Shown piece after piece: positions 63,011 through 64,000 of a stretch of DNA of 64,000 nucleotides (positions are counted from its first letter, which is position 1; each line of letters begins with the position of its first letter). Below the pieces are notes generated by a model. The model was not told the DNA's origin. It saw only the letters and a list, made by a program, of their open reading frames with translations, and did not search any database. The stretch lies in the NCBI RefSeq assembly GCF_009914755.1, contig NC_060931.1; one strand, 5' to 3'. A program made the position numbers and the translations under genes. Origin of the DNA: the human T2T-CHM13v2.0 reference genome, Homo sapiens.

Positions 63011-63595
63011 AATATAGCCAGATGAAAGAGCCCAGGAAAAATCAGCAAAGTAAACTTGCACCGAATGCACAGAATTGTAATTGGTTTAAAGCACTAATGT
63101 TTGGGTGGCTTGTTACGTAGCAAAGGCTAGGGACACAACACCAGAGGAAGACTTAGAGGAACCAGGAACAAAGGAATAAACTAGCAGCTGAGGCAGGAGA
63201 TTCCTTGAACCCGGGAGGCAGAAGTTGCAGTGAACTGAGAGGGCACTCCAGTCTGGGAGACACAGGGAGACTCAGTCAAAAAAAAAGAACTCATGGTTCT
63301 GCAGCCTGGCTCAGGTATAAAGGGAAAATATGACCAACCCAGCACATGCTGAGGATCCCTGCCTGGGTCCTGAACTGAGCAAGCATTCCGGGGCCAAACT
63401 GTCTTTCCACAACCTACTCCTGTCAACCTGATTGTTTAGTAAAGTGTCATCCTATGCCTGCGTTCACACTTTGATTTAGGCCTCAGTACGTCCCACCACT
63501 GGATTCTGTTCCTGCCTCTAACTGGGCCCTTTAATGTCCACCCATTCCTGCCTTACCAATGTGTATTCAGACTTGGGCTTTTTAATTAAATATTT

Positions 63596-63960
63596 GGCTG
63601 GGCACAGTGGCTCACACCTGTAATCACAACACTTTGGGAGACTGAGGCAGGAGGATTGCCTGAGGCCAGGAGTTTGAGACCAGCTGGGGCAACATAGTAA
63701 GATCCTCAGGTCTACAAAAAATAAAAATACTAGCTGGGTGTGGTGGTGCATGCCTGTATTCCCAGCTACTTGGGAGGGTGAGGCTGGAGGATGGCTTGAG
63801 TCCAGGAATTCCAGGCTGCAGTGAGCCAGCAGTGAGCCATGCAGCCTGGAACTCCTGGGATCAAACCATCCTCCAGCCTCAGCCTCCCAAGTAGCACTTG
63901 TACCACTGTGCACCAGCCTGGGCAACAGAGCAAGACCCTGTCTCAAAAAATAACATAAAA
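63596..63960 (+). mobile_element. AluJ with an internal fold-back duplication
   Basis: TSD attaaatatt; 63840-63895 is the reverse complement of 63765-63820. Confidence 0.88.
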
Positions 63961-64000
63961 TAAAAATATTAAATATTCACCCTCCTGCATCATCTTTTGC

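Overview
This is human non-coding genomic DNA, judged from a human-specific AluYb8 at 47.0-47.3 kb. It is very rich in Alu, L1, LTR and DNA-transposon relics, and I can support no intact protein-coding gene. The main gene-derived feature is a full-length, intronless, disabled cyclin J (CCNJ) retrocopy on the minus strand (26623-30583) with 5' UTR, CDS, a 2.6-kb 3' UTR, poly(A) signal, tail and target-site duplication (TSD). A 2.9-kb AT-rich array (6374-9240) appears to have grown from the tail of an AluY, because it lies inside that Alu's TSD, and it contains nested inverted repeats resembling a palindromic AT-rich repeat (PATRR). The window also holds about six separate local templated-copy scars: inverted and direct duplications and fold-backs, several with junction microhomology. 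I found no evidence of a new biological system. The best leads are the Alu-tail-derived palindromic array, the retrocopy 3' UTR with intact miRNA sites, and the duplication scars. Repeat family names are from recalled consensus sequences, and repeat boundaries are approximate unless a TSD is quoted.
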